A stretch of 64,000 bases of DNA, from assembly GCA_963711565.1 (NCBI GenBank), contig CAVQEQ010000001.1, forward strand, positions 96,001 through 160,000, in the 5' to 3' direction. The number at the start of each line of letters is the position of its first letter. Position 1 is the stretch's first letter. The DNA is from an uncultured delta proteobacterium. Its GTDB lineage: Bacteria; Desulfobacterota; Binatia; Binatales; Binataceae. Made by a program: the position numbers and the translations under genes. The notes under the pieces are model-generated. The model saw only the letters and a program-made list of their open reading frames with translations. It searched no databases and was not told the DNA's origin. Shown one piece after another: positions 9,914 through 19,572 of this stretch.

Positions 9914-10270
9914 ATGGAAGCCACCACCTACATCGCCCACGACGACCTGCCAAACATATTTGCCGGCGTGGGCATCCTGCCGGTTCAGTTCGGCGAGTCT
10001 CGACGAAGAAAGCTGCCGTCGGAAGGCGAGCGCAAGCTGCTATTCGCCGTGCTCGAAGATGCGATCCGATGCTTCCTGCGACACCGCGATGGCGACGCCG
10101 CCGCGCGCACCAACGAAGAGTTCGTCGAGGCGGCCCAATGGCTCAGCTCTGACGAGGATTCCGGCCCGTTTACGTACGTCAGCATCTGCGAGGCGCTCGG
10201 CATCGACGCGGATTCGCTGCGCCTGGGAATCACAAACCATACCGGCCGTCTGGAAGAGATCCGCTGCTGA
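9914..10270 (+). CDS. Conserved small hypothetical protein (ERKLLFAVLEDAI / PFTYVSICEALGID motifs)
   Basis: AGGAGA RBS, host-like codon use and a dedicated sigma54 promoter; function unknown. Confidence 0.75.
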   Translation: MEATTYIAHDDLPNIFAGVGILPVQFGESRRRKLPSEGERKLLFAVLEDAIRCFLRHRDGDAAARTNEEFVEAAQWLSSDEDSGPFTYVSICEALGIDADSLRLGITNHTGRLEEIRC

Positions 10271-10276
10271 TGAAAT

Positions 10277-11509
10277 TCAACCGAGCGCGCGCGTAAATTC
10301 CTCGAGCAGGTCGCGCCAGTGCTCGGTACCGACCGAGATGCGAACCAACGACTCGGTAATTCCCGCCGCCGACAATTCCTCGGGCGACAGCTCGCTGTGA
10401 GTGGTCGTCATCGGATGGCATACGAGAGTCTCGACGCCGCCGAGGCTGACCGCGTTCTTGGCGATCTTCAAGCCGCGCAGAAACTCGAAGGCTCCAGTCT
10501 TTCCGCCTTCAACCTCCAGCGACAGGAGTGAGCCGGGGTAGTCGGTCTGCGCGTCGCGAATCTCAATCTGCGCGGCGTCGGTGAACAGCGATGGATAGAT
10601 GACGCGCATCACGCGCACATGCTTGGCCAGCTGCTCGGCGATTCGCTGAGCGTTCTTGCTCTGCCGATTCATCCGCAGCGCGACGGTCGATAGCCGCGAG
10701 TCGAGCATCCAGCATTCGTCGGCCTGCAGGATATTGCCCAACAGCGCGCGCATCCCGGTCAGCGTCTGGATCAATTCGGGATCGGAGGCGAGCACCGCGC
10801 CGGCCAGCAGGTCGCTGAATCCGCCGAGAAACTTTGTCGCCGAATAAATCGCAAGGTCGGCGCCGTGGCTCAGCGGATGCTGAAACGTCGGGCCGAGCAG
10901 AGTGTTGTCGATCGCGAGGATTGCCCGCTTCTGCTTTCGCCGGATCGCAGCCGACGCCTGCGTGATGTCCGTCATCACGAGCGTGGGATTCGCGGGCGTC
11001 TCAATCAGCACGAGACTCAGATTGTTCGCATTCTCGATCGCCTCGGTCAGCGCCTTCGTATTGCCGGCCGGCACTCCGAGCGCACCGAAACCGAGCGGCT
11101 CGATGAGCTGGTGAATCAGATGTTGGCTGCCGCCGTAGAGCGGTTGCGTATAGATGAGCGAGCCGCCGCGTTCCATGAACGCCAGCATCACGGTGAAGAT
11201 CGCGGCCATGCCGGAATTGAAAATCGCCGCGGAGTTGGCGCCACGTTCGAGCGGCACGAGTTGCTCCTCGAGGATTTCGGCGTTGGGATGATTCAGGCGC
11301 GCATAGATCAGGTCGGGACGATCGTCGCCGAGCGGGCGGATTTTTCCGAGCACGATTCCAAACGCGCGCTCGGCTGCTTCCGGACTCGGGAAGACGAAGG
11401 TCGAACTGCGATAGACCGGCGGCCGCGCCGAGCCGACCGACAACTCCGGGTCGAAGCCGCGCGTCAGCACTGCCGTCTCCGGCCGCACGCGGTACGAAAT
11501 CTTGGGCAT
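10277..11509 (-). CDS. Cys/Met metabolism PLP-dependent enzyme (cystathionine gamma-synthase/methionine gamma-lyase family)
   Basis: YARLNHPN, FNSGMAAI, ETPANPT, DNT, SATKFLGG (PLP Lys), SLGGVETL; TGATG coupling to the upstream gene. Confidence 0.9.
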   Translation of the reverse strand: MPKISYRVRPETAVLTRGFDPELSVGSARPPVYRSSTFVFPSPEAAERAFGIVLGKIRPLGDDRPDLIYARLNHPNAEILEEQLVPLERGANSAAIFNSGMAAIFTVMLAFMERGGSLIYTQPLYGGSQHLIHQLIEPLGFGALGVPAGNTKALTEAIENANNLSLVLIETPANPTLVMTDITQASAAIRRKQKRAILAIDNTLLGPTFQHPLSHGADLAIYSATKFLGGFSDLLAGAVLASDPELIQTLTGMRALLGNILQADECWMLDSRLSTVALRMNRQSKNAQRIAEQLAKHVRVMRVIYPSLFTDAAQIEIRDAQTDYPGSLLSLEVEGGKTGAFEFLRGLKIAKNAVSLGGVETLVCHPMTTTHSELSPEELSAAGITESLVRISVGTEHWRDLLEEFTRALG

Positions 11510-12342
11510 CAGCGCCTCTCGCCGAGACTGTCTTTTACCGTTACGTCGGCATAACCGATTCCAAGGTGCATCTTGAAACCGACCAGGTCGCGCACCTGCT
11601 TGTCGAGCGTTCGCGCGATCTCGCCGGGCACGTCGATGTACTGGTTTTCTTCCTGCCGCAACCATCCGAGCGAATACGACAGGAACACGCCGTAGCGCCA
11701 ATCGTCGGTGCGATTCGCGCCGGCGCCATGCAGCGTGCCGCCCATCCAGAGCAGGACGGATCCCGCCGGCATCGCGGCCGCAACAACTTCATCGCGGCGC
11801 GCAGTGCGATCTGCGGGCCACAGATGGCTGCCGGGAACAATCAGAGTGCCGCCGTTGGCCTCGGTGAATTCGGTAACCGCCCACATGCTCGCAAGGATCA
11901 TCCGCGGGCGCGGTACTTTGAAAAACTGGTACGGGTCTTCCTCGCGATGGAGCACCTGCTCGCGCGCGCCGGGACCGATCTTGAGCGCCGCGGTCGCGTG
12001 CACCTGGTAATGCACGCAGTTGGGTTTCAGGATCGCGTCGCACGCCGACAACATGAGCGGATGCGTCACGAAGCTGCGGAATGTCTCCGACCTCGCGACC
12101 AGCGCCGTGATCCGCTTGGTCTTGCCCGGATAGAAATTCGCGCTCCCGCCATCAGCTTCGTATTTTTTGTTGATGCTGGCGTCGGGATCGACGATCTCCA
12201 GATGCGGCGCGAGTTCGCGCAGCAGAGCATCAACCACGCCGCGGTCAATCACACCGGTGACGACAACAGCGCCGTCCCGCTCGAGGCATTCGACTACCTT
12301 TGATGAAGAATCGTTGGCCGAGACTACAGGGATCGACGGCAT
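11509..12342 (-). CDS. Phytanoyl-CoA dioxygenase (PhyH) family Fe(II)/2OG oxygenase
   Basis: LERDGAVVV, QVLHREE, NGGTLIVPGSH, HGAGAN...R, LGWLRQEENQY. Confidence 0.88.
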   Translation of the reverse strand: MPSIPVVSANDSSSKVVECLERDGAVVVTGVIDRGVVDALLRELAPHLEIVDPDASINKKYEADGGSANFYPGKTKRITALVARSETFRSFVTHPLMLSACDAILKPNCVHYQVHATAALKIGPGAREQVLHREEDPYQFFKVPRPRMILASMWAVTEFTEANGGTLIVPGSHLWPADRTARRDEVVAAAMPAGSVLLWMGGTLHGAGANRTDDWRYGVFLSYSLGWLRQEENQYIDVPGEIARTLDKQVRDLVGFKMHLGIGYADVTVKDSLGERR

Positions 12343-12414
12343 CGACAAGTCCTCCGGTCTGAGTCGCAAGCGGCGGCCGGCCTCGGCCCCGCTCGATACA
12401 ATATTTCTTATCAG

Positions 12415-14261
12415 CTAGCTGGGATTCACAACACCGGTCGCGACCGCTGGCGACGGCGTTCCCGTCTGGAGAGCTTCGACTACCTGGCCCAGATGGGCGC
12501 GCACGACGTCGGCCGGCACTTCACCCGCAGCCAGCCGCCGCGCAGGTCCCAAGCGCATCAGGTGGAAAGCGAATATCGCGAGCGCGAGCCCGCCGGCTAC
12601 GACGATCAGGGAAATCATCGCGCCCGGATCCGTGCTGAGCGAACTGACTTTATGCAGCACGTAGATCACCGAAAGGATCGTGACTCCGATCGACGCCGCC
12701 GCAGCCGTCAGCACGTCGCGCACCGGCTGCGATGCGCCCTTCGCGAGGTAACGTTTCAGCTCGCCGCTCGAAAAATAGTCGAGGAACCAGCCGACATCCT
12801 CATCATGCCCCGGCGTCGGCGGCGGCACGATCGCGCCGGTCAACGGATCGACGGCCGCTTCAGCGCGTTCGTGCAGCTTGATGCCGTCGAGGATCTGGTT
12901 GAGGATCGTTTCGGTGATCGGGAACCGGCGCGCAATCAGGAACGAGAGCACCGAGCACGTCGCCGGCCCCAGCGCGAAGATTGCCCTGATCGCAAAGACG
13001 ACGCGCGGCGCCTGAATGGCGTTGGGGATGTAACCGAGCGAAGCGAGAATCGCGATCGGCACCGCCGCGCTCGGAATCGCGACGAACTTCGGCAGCATCG
13101 ACCAGAACGCCGTGTATTGGGCCTCGCGCCGCTTGCCGGTGTAGAGTTCGTCGTAGTCGATCACGTCGGCTTGCATCGACGGCGTCAGGAACAAGCCCGC
13201 GCCGAATCCGATTCCGGCCCAACAAATCAGCACCAGCAGATACCAGACGTCGCCGGGCCCGAGCAGGAACATCGCGGCGCCGCCGCTGATACCTAGAAAA
13301 AAACTGGCGAGCCACGCGTTCAGTTTTCCGACTCGCCGCGCAATCCAGACCCAAATCGGCATCGAGATAAATCCGAACCCGAAGTAGCCGAGCAGCAGCA
13401 TCGAGAGCCAGAAGGTCGGATTGGCCGGCCGAATCACGTAGGCGTTGAAGAACGGCATCATCGTTGCCGGAATTGCCCCGGCGATACTCCCCACGACGTA
13501 GCTGCCGAGCAGAATCCCGAACGGCCGATTGCGCAACGCCCTCCGGACGCCGGGCACCAGCGGATTGGATTCGCGCGCCACGAAATCCGGGCGCTCCTTT
13601 ATGTTCAGCACGAGCAAGGTGTAGAGCACGGTGAGAATGACGCTGAAGAAAATGCCGAGCCGGAAGTACGCCTGCCGCTCGGTGAGATGCCCAACTTGCA
13701 TCATAATGCCGGGGGCGGCCGCGGCGACGATCGTGCCCAGGATCGTGAACGACTCGCGCCACGCGAATAGCGTCGATCGCTCGTTGTAGTCCTGCGTCAG
13801 CTCGGGGCCGAGCGCGTAATGCGGCAAAACATAGACCGTGTGAAATATAAAGTAGAGGATGAAGGTTATGCCGAACCAAATCGCCGCGCGCCCGCCAGTG
13901 AACGACGCCGGCGGATTCAGCAGGCAGAAAAAAGCCACCCCGCAAAGCGGAGCGCCGATCAACATGTAAGGACGCCGACGGCCAAGCCGCGTGTGCGTGT
14001 GATCGGAAATCCACCCCATCAGCGGATCGCTCAAGGCGTCGAGCGAGCGCGCGACCGCGATTGCCATCGCCAGGTAGCCGAGCGGTACCAGCACTACGTC
14101 GGCATAGAACTTCGGCATGTTGATGAAGATCGGGATGATCATCGCGGCGCCGGCGAAACTGGGGCGCCGTAGAGAAGCTTGATCCTGAGGGTCAATGGCT
14201 CGTGAGCATGCGCAGCAGTGGGCGAGCCTCCGCCGGCAATTTTCGCATCCGCTGAATCCAT
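12415..14261 (-). CDS. MFS transporter, GPH (MelB-like) family; -1 frameshift at 14161-14164
   Basis: DALSDPLMGWISD.T.TRLGRRRPY, ELTQDYNER, DVIDYDELYTGKRRE; the N-terminus MDSADAK...KLLYGAP lies in another frame and joins if one C is added. Confidence 0.85.
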
Positions 14262-14421
14262 CAAGACCTCCGGACTACCCGCGCTTCGAACCGCGAGTCC
14301 GAGTGTGATGTTAGATTACTTAGCCACGGAATGGGAATGACGAAATGCAGTGAATCCGTTGCAGGTGTGCTACACGTAACCTGCGCCTAGCGGCGGAATG
14401 CGAGCTAGTCCATTCGAGTGA

Positions 14422-14470
14422 TTGACGCACGCGGCTGGACTGTTGGTAGATTGGAACGCATTCTATTTCG
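14422..14470 (+). promoter_or_regulatory. Promoter plus palindromic operator upstream of the P450 (copy 1 of a shared motif)
   Basis: TTGACG-N19-TAGATT with TGn extension, then TGGAACGCATTCTA; near-identical to 19501-19549. Confidence 0.7.
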
Positions 14471-14494
14471 GCAATTCGCTCCGGAGGAACCGCC

Positions 14495-15730
14495 GTGGAC
14501 GCTCCCGACATCAATCTGCTCGACCCGCTCGTGTTTGAGGAAAAAGTTCCGCACGAGTGGTTCACCTGGCTGCGCCACGAAGCTCCCGTCTTCCGTCATC
14601 ACGAGCCCGGCGGTCCAGGATTCTGGGTGCTCACGCGCTACGACAACGTCGTCGAAGTCGGCCGCGACGGCGTCACCTACTCGTCGGAGCAGTCGCGCGG
14701 CGGCGTGGTCGCGCTCGAGGACGCCGATGCTGCCGCCGACCTGTCTGCGCAGGGCCGCATGATGCTCTCCATGGACGCGCCCGATCACACGCGTTACCGC
14801 TCGCTTGTAAATCGCGGATTCACCCCGCGCATGATCAACGCGCTCGGCACTCATATCCGCGAGATGGTGACGAAGATTCTCGACCCCGCACTCGAGCAGC
14901 GCGATTGCGACTTCGTGACTGACGTCGCCGCCGAGCTGCCGCTGCAAGTGATCGCGGAGATGCTGGGGGTGCCCTACGAAGATCGGCACAAGCTCTTCGA
15001 ATGGAGCAACCGGATGATCGGCAGCAAGGATCCCGAGTACGCGGTCAGTCAGGAGAAAGTTCAGGCGGCGGCGATCGAGATGTACATGTACTCGAACGAG
15101 CTGGCGAAGAAGCGCCGCGAGGATCCGCGCGACGACATCGTGACCGCGCTGCTCAAGGCCGACCTCGACGGCGACCAGCTATCCGAGATGGACTTCAATG
15201 TCTTCTTCCTGCTGCTCGCAGTCGCCGGCAACGAGACGACGCGCAATGCGATCTCGCACGGGATGCATGCGCTCCTCGACCATCCGGCGCAATTCGCGAC
15301 GCTCGCGGAAAATCCCGCGATGGTGCCGTCGGCAACGGAGGAAATCCTGCGCTGGGCGTCGCCGGTAATGTTCTTCCGCCGCAACGTAACGAAGGACACC
15401 GTAATACGCGGACAAAAAATCAAGGCGGGCGACAAGGTCAGCATCTGGTACATCTCGGCGAATCGCGACGAGGAAATTTTCCCCAACCCGTTCACCTTCG
15501 ACATCACGCGGACGCCGAATCAGCACGTCGCGTTCGGCGGCGGCGGCCCGCACTTCTGCCTCGGCGCCAGCCTGGCGCGAATGGAGATGAGCATCCTGTT
15601 CGAAGAATTGGTCAAGCGCGTCGCATCGGTCGAACGCATCGGCCCGGTCAAGCGCCTGCGCTCCAACTTCATCAACGGCCTCAAGCACCTGCCGGTGCGC
15701 ATCACCCCGCGCACGCGCAAAGCCGCGTGA
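14495..15730 (+). CDS. Cytochrome P450 (CYP125/124-like)
   Basis: AGNETT I-helix, EEILRW, FGGGGPHFCLG heme motif. Confidence 0.95.
   Translation: MDAPDINLLDPLVFEEKVPHEWFTWLRHEAPVFRHHEPGGPGFWVLTRYDNVVEVGRDGVTYSSEQSRGGVVALEDADAAADLSAQGRMMLSMDAPDHTRYRSLVNRGFTPRMINALGTHIREMVTKILDPALEQRDCDFVTDVAAELPLQVIAEMLGVPYEDRHKLFEWSNRMIGSKDPEYAVSQEKVQAAAIEMYMYSNELAKKRREDPRDDIVTALLKADLDGDQLSEMDFNVFFLLLAVAGNETTRNAISHGMHALLDHPAQFATLAENPAMVPSATEEILRWASPVMFFRRNVTKDTVIRGQKIKAGDKVSIWYISANRDEEIFPNPFTFDITRTPNQHVAFGGGGPHFCLGASLARMEMSILFEELVKRVASVERIGPVKRLRSNFINGLKHLPVRITPRTRKAA
15604..15726 (+). repeat. 123-bp direct repeat, copy 1 (3' end of the P450 gene)
   Basis: Matches 17135-17257 with about 8 substitutions counted by eye and no gaps. 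Confidence 0.95.
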
Positions 15731-15785
15731 CGTTTCTTCCTCTCTCCCTGCAAAGAGACCTTGGCATAACAGCGCCGCGCTTCTT

Positions 15786-15846
15786 CCCCTCTCCAAGAAT
15801 GGGAGAGGATCGAAGGGCTTGCCCTGAGCCTGCCGAAGGGTGAGGG
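15786..15846. repeat. REP-like palindromic element
   Basis: CCTCTCC-N7-GGAGAGG hairpin with nested CCCTGAGCCTGCCGAAGGG and terminal GGGTGAGGG, resembling widespread extragenic REP motifs; lies between convergent genes. Confidence 0.6.
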
Positions 15847-15947
15847 TCCTTATTCAGCGCGCGACTCGTTTCGCGCGCGACCTGAGATTTTGCCTCTGAA
15901 CTAATCGCCTTTCGCTCAGACCCATAAGGAAAGAGTCCGGGGAGGTT

Positions 15948-17030
15948 CTAACTCCCGCCTGGTCCAATCTTGAAGGACCACTTGTACTCTTTCGAATCGG
16001 CCGTCATGGACACCGTGTAGGTGTGACCGGCTTCGAGCGGTTCTCGCGGAATAACGACAGCGGCCAACCTCAACCGAAGGAGATTACGCCCAGTCTGTTG
16101 CACCTGTGGGTTCTGGTTCGTATAGGAGAAAGCGTCGTAGCCGCACGATTCCAACTGCTGCGCACCTTCCATCAGCGAGTAGGATTCGAGCTTTATTGCG
16201 GCAGTGTCGTTCAGACCTTGACCGAGCGACAAGACTATCGGCAGTCCTGTCGGCGCTTTATAGCCGGCGCACGGCGACAGCGGATCATCGGATTCGCGGC
16301 CTCCATCATAGGAGCCCAGCGGAAAACTTCCGTCCGGAGGTGGAAACTGGATCGGCCACTTCAGATAAATGCGGACCCGGTCGCCTGATCCGTAATGGTA
16401 ATACTCGTATTGCGACGGGCTCGCTGCAGTCAGCTTGAACTCGCGCCAAAATTCGGGCGTCAACTGATTGGTGTTGTACACCACCACAGCGGCGCAGCTC
16501 CCGCTCGCGCAGTATTCTCCGTAGCCAATTGACACCAAAGTCGGTTCGAGCACCATAAGCGCGGTTCGCGGCGAGGTCATGAGGCGGTCAATCCACGGCC
16601 GGAGGTCCGACGGAACCGCAGCCGCCGTGAACACGTCGGAGCTTCCTGCTACCGACGCTCCCGCCACTGAGTACCACGGGTTGCCTACCTCCTCGTTATG
16701 GACCATCGGTGACGGCTCGCTCTTCACTTGATCTCCGTCGATTCTGAGATTACCAGGTCCGAGTTTGTTCTCGACAACGTATCGCGCATGCTTTGCCGCG
16801 TCTTGACTCAAAGTCGGTTCTTCGGTCAGCGGGTTCAGGTGCTCGAGTGCTCTGTAATGGTTCATCTTCGCGAGAGCGTCAGCGAACGGACTAGTCGCTG
16901 CGGAACCGCCAGCCTGTGGCGCCGCCGTGTTGCCAAGGGCGTCGGACTCGAGCAGCCGAACGAACGTCAAGACGGTCGCGATGAGTGTGGCCATCGCGAT
17001 GCAACGCCTCAATCTCCCGCCGGACAGCAT
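15948..17030 (-). CDS. Secreted CAP (SCP/PR-1) domain protein with a C-terminal beta-rich domain
   Basis: Hydrophobic N-terminus, MNHYRALEHLNPL...LSQDAAKHARY, LMTSP...IGYG, C-terminal PREPLEAGHTYTV...WSF. Confidence 0.7.
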   Translation of the reverse strand: MLSGGRLRRCIAMATLIATVLTFVRLLESDALGNTAAPQAGGSAATSPFADALAKMNHYRALEHLNPLTEEPTLSQDAAKHARYVVENKLGPGNLRIDGDQVKSEPSPMVHNEEVGNPWYSVAGASVAGSSDVFTAAAVPSDLRPWIDRLMTSPRTALMVLEPTLVSIGYGEYCASGSCAAVVVYNTNQLTPEFWREFKLTAASPSQYEYYHYGSGDRVRIYLKWPIQFPPPDGSFPLGSYDGGRESDDPLSPCAGYKAPTGLPIVLSLGQGLNDTAAIKLESYSLMEGAQQLESCGYDAFSYTNQNPQVQQTGRNLLRLRLAAVVIPREPLEAGHTYTVSMTADSKEYKWSFKIGPGGS

Positions 17031-17134
17031 TGGCGCTCACGGTATCAAATTGTCATCACTAAAGATAAGTCCAGTAAGGAGGAACCGAGATTCTTCGCTT
17101 TGTTCAGGAATTAGAAGGAAGACGATTCAACCAG

Positions 17135-17257
17135 AGAATTGGTCAAGCGCGTCGCATCGGTCGAGCGGACCGGCCCGGTCAAGCGCCTGCGCTCCAATTT
17201 CATCAACGGCCTGAAGCACCTGCCGGTGCGCATCACGCCGCGCGCGCGAAAAGCCGC
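17135..17257 (+). repeat. 123-bp direct repeat, copy 2 (orphan P450 3' fragment)
   Basis: Encodes ELVKRVASVERTGPVKRLRSNFINGLKHLPVRITPRARKA with no upstream P450 body. Confidence 0.95.
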
Positions 17258-17261
17258 CGGA

Positions 17262-19309
17262 CTACTGAGGCGACGGCGCCGGAATCCACTTCGGCGCATC
17301 TACCAGGTAGTCATCGTGAGCGGGAACTTGCAGCGCGATCGGTATCGTCGTCGGCGCGTAGTTTGATGGCGCGTGAGCGACGAAACCGATCGCGTACGAG
17401 TGCCTCAGGTGCAGATCGTCCGCGATCTCTTCGCATGCCTTATTCAGCGCCGGGACATCATCGACTGGGACGATGTAGCTCTTGCTCCCGCTCGCGCTGG
17501 CAAGCCTCGACAACGTGACCGCATCGACGTGTTCCGCGTCATCCCCACCCATGACAAAGGGTCCGACAACTATCCCGCCCGGAGGCAGTTTCGGATTTCC
17601 GATTCCGATTGAGTACACGAGCACACCGCTACTCGCCACGGCCCGCAGGACATCGTCAGCGGAAGAAGAACTCGTGTTGTCCATGCCGTCGGTAATCACC
17701 AACAACACCTTTCTTTGGTTGTGTCCTCCCTGAGCCTCAGAGATACCTTGCAGAATCGAGTCAAAGAGTGCGGTCTGGCCGTATGCGTGAAGCATGTCCA
17801 GCTTTTGAATCAACGCGGCGTGATCGTTGGTCAGCGGTTGCAGTATGAACGGCTGAGTAGAGAACGCGAATAGGAACACCTCGTCCTGTGGATTGAGAGT
17901 CTTCACGAACCGCTCAATTGCGGCGCGCGCCTGTGGGAGCTTCGTCACCATACTGCCCGAGGTGTCAACCAGTATCCCGACAGTTGCCGGCGAGTTTTCA
18001 CCCGCGTGAAAGAAATCGATAGCTTGCGGAGTCCCACTGACGGCAAGCTTGAAGTCGCTCTTGCTCAATCCGTCAACCGGGCTGCCGTCGGGTTTCGCGA
18101 CCGTCGCCGCAATCTCGGTATAGCCGGCGAGGTTGCTAATATTTTCGGGCGCCTCGACAATTTTCGAGGTACCTACCTCCCATTTCGGTTCGGCGGGCCG
18201 GGCGACGGCCGCGGCCAGCACCTCCGACGGCACTAGTTCGGCTCGAACCATTGCCGCCGAATTATTCGGCAGGGAAACCACGGGCGCGGCGCCGCCCGGC
18301 GACGCTCCGACGCCGAGTGCATAACCTTCGCCGAGCTGCTTGTTGATTGTGGCGACAGCGGCCGCAAGCGAAGCTCCGTCGTCTGACTCCACCGGCTTCG
18401 CGGACAGTACCCATCCACCGCCTTCATCCGCCAACTTCTTTACCGCCCCGGCATCGAGCCGGACGCTGCCACGCAGTTTCGACACGATACCGTCATGCGC
18501 CTCGGGATCGCCGATTCCGACCACCCAGAAAGAGATGCCGCTATTACGAACCTGCGCCAGGATGGGAGCGGCTTGGTCGATAGCAGCCTGGTCGAGGCCG
18601 TCGGTCAGAAGAACCATCGCGCGATTCGGATAGTGCGCGCCGGATAGCGTTTCAAGTCCCACCCGGATGCCATCCGAGAGCCGCTTCTCGCCGGACGGCA
18701 TCACGGAGTAAATCTTTTCCAGCGCAAGCGAGTGACTCGTAGTGAATGGCTGCGCGAGAGTTACCTCCCCGAGCGGCGGTTGGTTCACGCTCTGGTAGGT
18801 ACCACCGATCAAAACAAGGGCGACCTCGTCGCATTCGTTAAGTTGGCTGGCGGCCTGGTTCAGGCCACTTCGCACCCTCGCAACTTCGTCGGGCGAGAAC
18901 ACGACGGTCTTCCGGTACATGCTTCCGGAAACGTCGCCGACGATGACCAGCGAAACCGGGGTCGTGAGGCTGGATTCCTGGCGAAAATAGACGATGGGTG
19001 CCGGCTGGCGCCGGACCGCACTGTGAAGTCGGTTTGCTTCAATCCGCTGATCAGTTCGCCTTCCGCATTGGTCACCGAAACCGCTAGCTGCGCATAGCCG
19101 GGCGTGGAGAGCGCGCGTGCGGGCGCCAGATCCGTAGGACGACAGAGGTCGAGCGGCGCGGACACCTGAGGCGCCGGAGATGACGAAGTCGTGGCCGTCG
19201 TTCCGGCGCTCGGAGTTCCGGGCGCAGGCTGACTCGCCGCTGTGCAACCCGCGAGTAGGCCCGCCGAGATCAGCGCTGCCAGCATCCGCAGAGAGTATCG
19301 ATGGCGCAC
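17262..19309 (-). CDS. Lipoprotein with two VWA (MIDAS) domains; -1 frameshift at 18996-18998
   Basis: Lipobox LLAGC; two DxSxS motifs (DVSGSM, DTSGSM), each followed by TDG.D; ORFs 18860-19309 and 17262-19247 join if one C is added. Confidence 0.8.
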
Positions 19310-19500
19310 TTCCTCAATCCTGCGATATTTCGTACCGCAGCCTTATGCTTTCGTCAAAGGCCGACGTTAACTGCCTGTGATGCGAGCACTCCGCTAACAA
19401 CCTCCTGACCGTCCTGAGGGAAGCCGAGAGGAGGTCACCCCTGCCGAAGTCAGTCTCAAACCCACCTCGTGTTTCAGACTAAATTAGTTCCCCGTCTCCA

Positions 19501-19549
19501 TTGACGCGCGTAACCGCACCGTTGGTAGATTAAAGTGCATTTTATTTCG
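19501..19549 (+). promoter_or_regulatory. Promoter plus palindromic operator upstream of the CoA-transferase (copy 2 of a shared motif)
   Basis: TTGACG-N19-TAGATT then TAAAGTGCATTTTA; 24 of 29 nt identical to the P450 promoter core. Confidence 0.7.
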
Positions 19550-19572
19550 ACTGTCCGAGTGACAATGAACGC

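Noticed and set aside
19381-19500. Possible riboswitch or ncRNA (hairpins ACCTCCT/AGGAGGT and AGTCT/AGACT)
   Set aside because: No recognisable family consensus; it would need an Rfam/Infernal search.
15730-19570. Integron cassette array (CAP and VWA genes as cassettes)
   Set aside because: No paired RYYYAAC/GTTRRRY attC structures and no intI gene seen.
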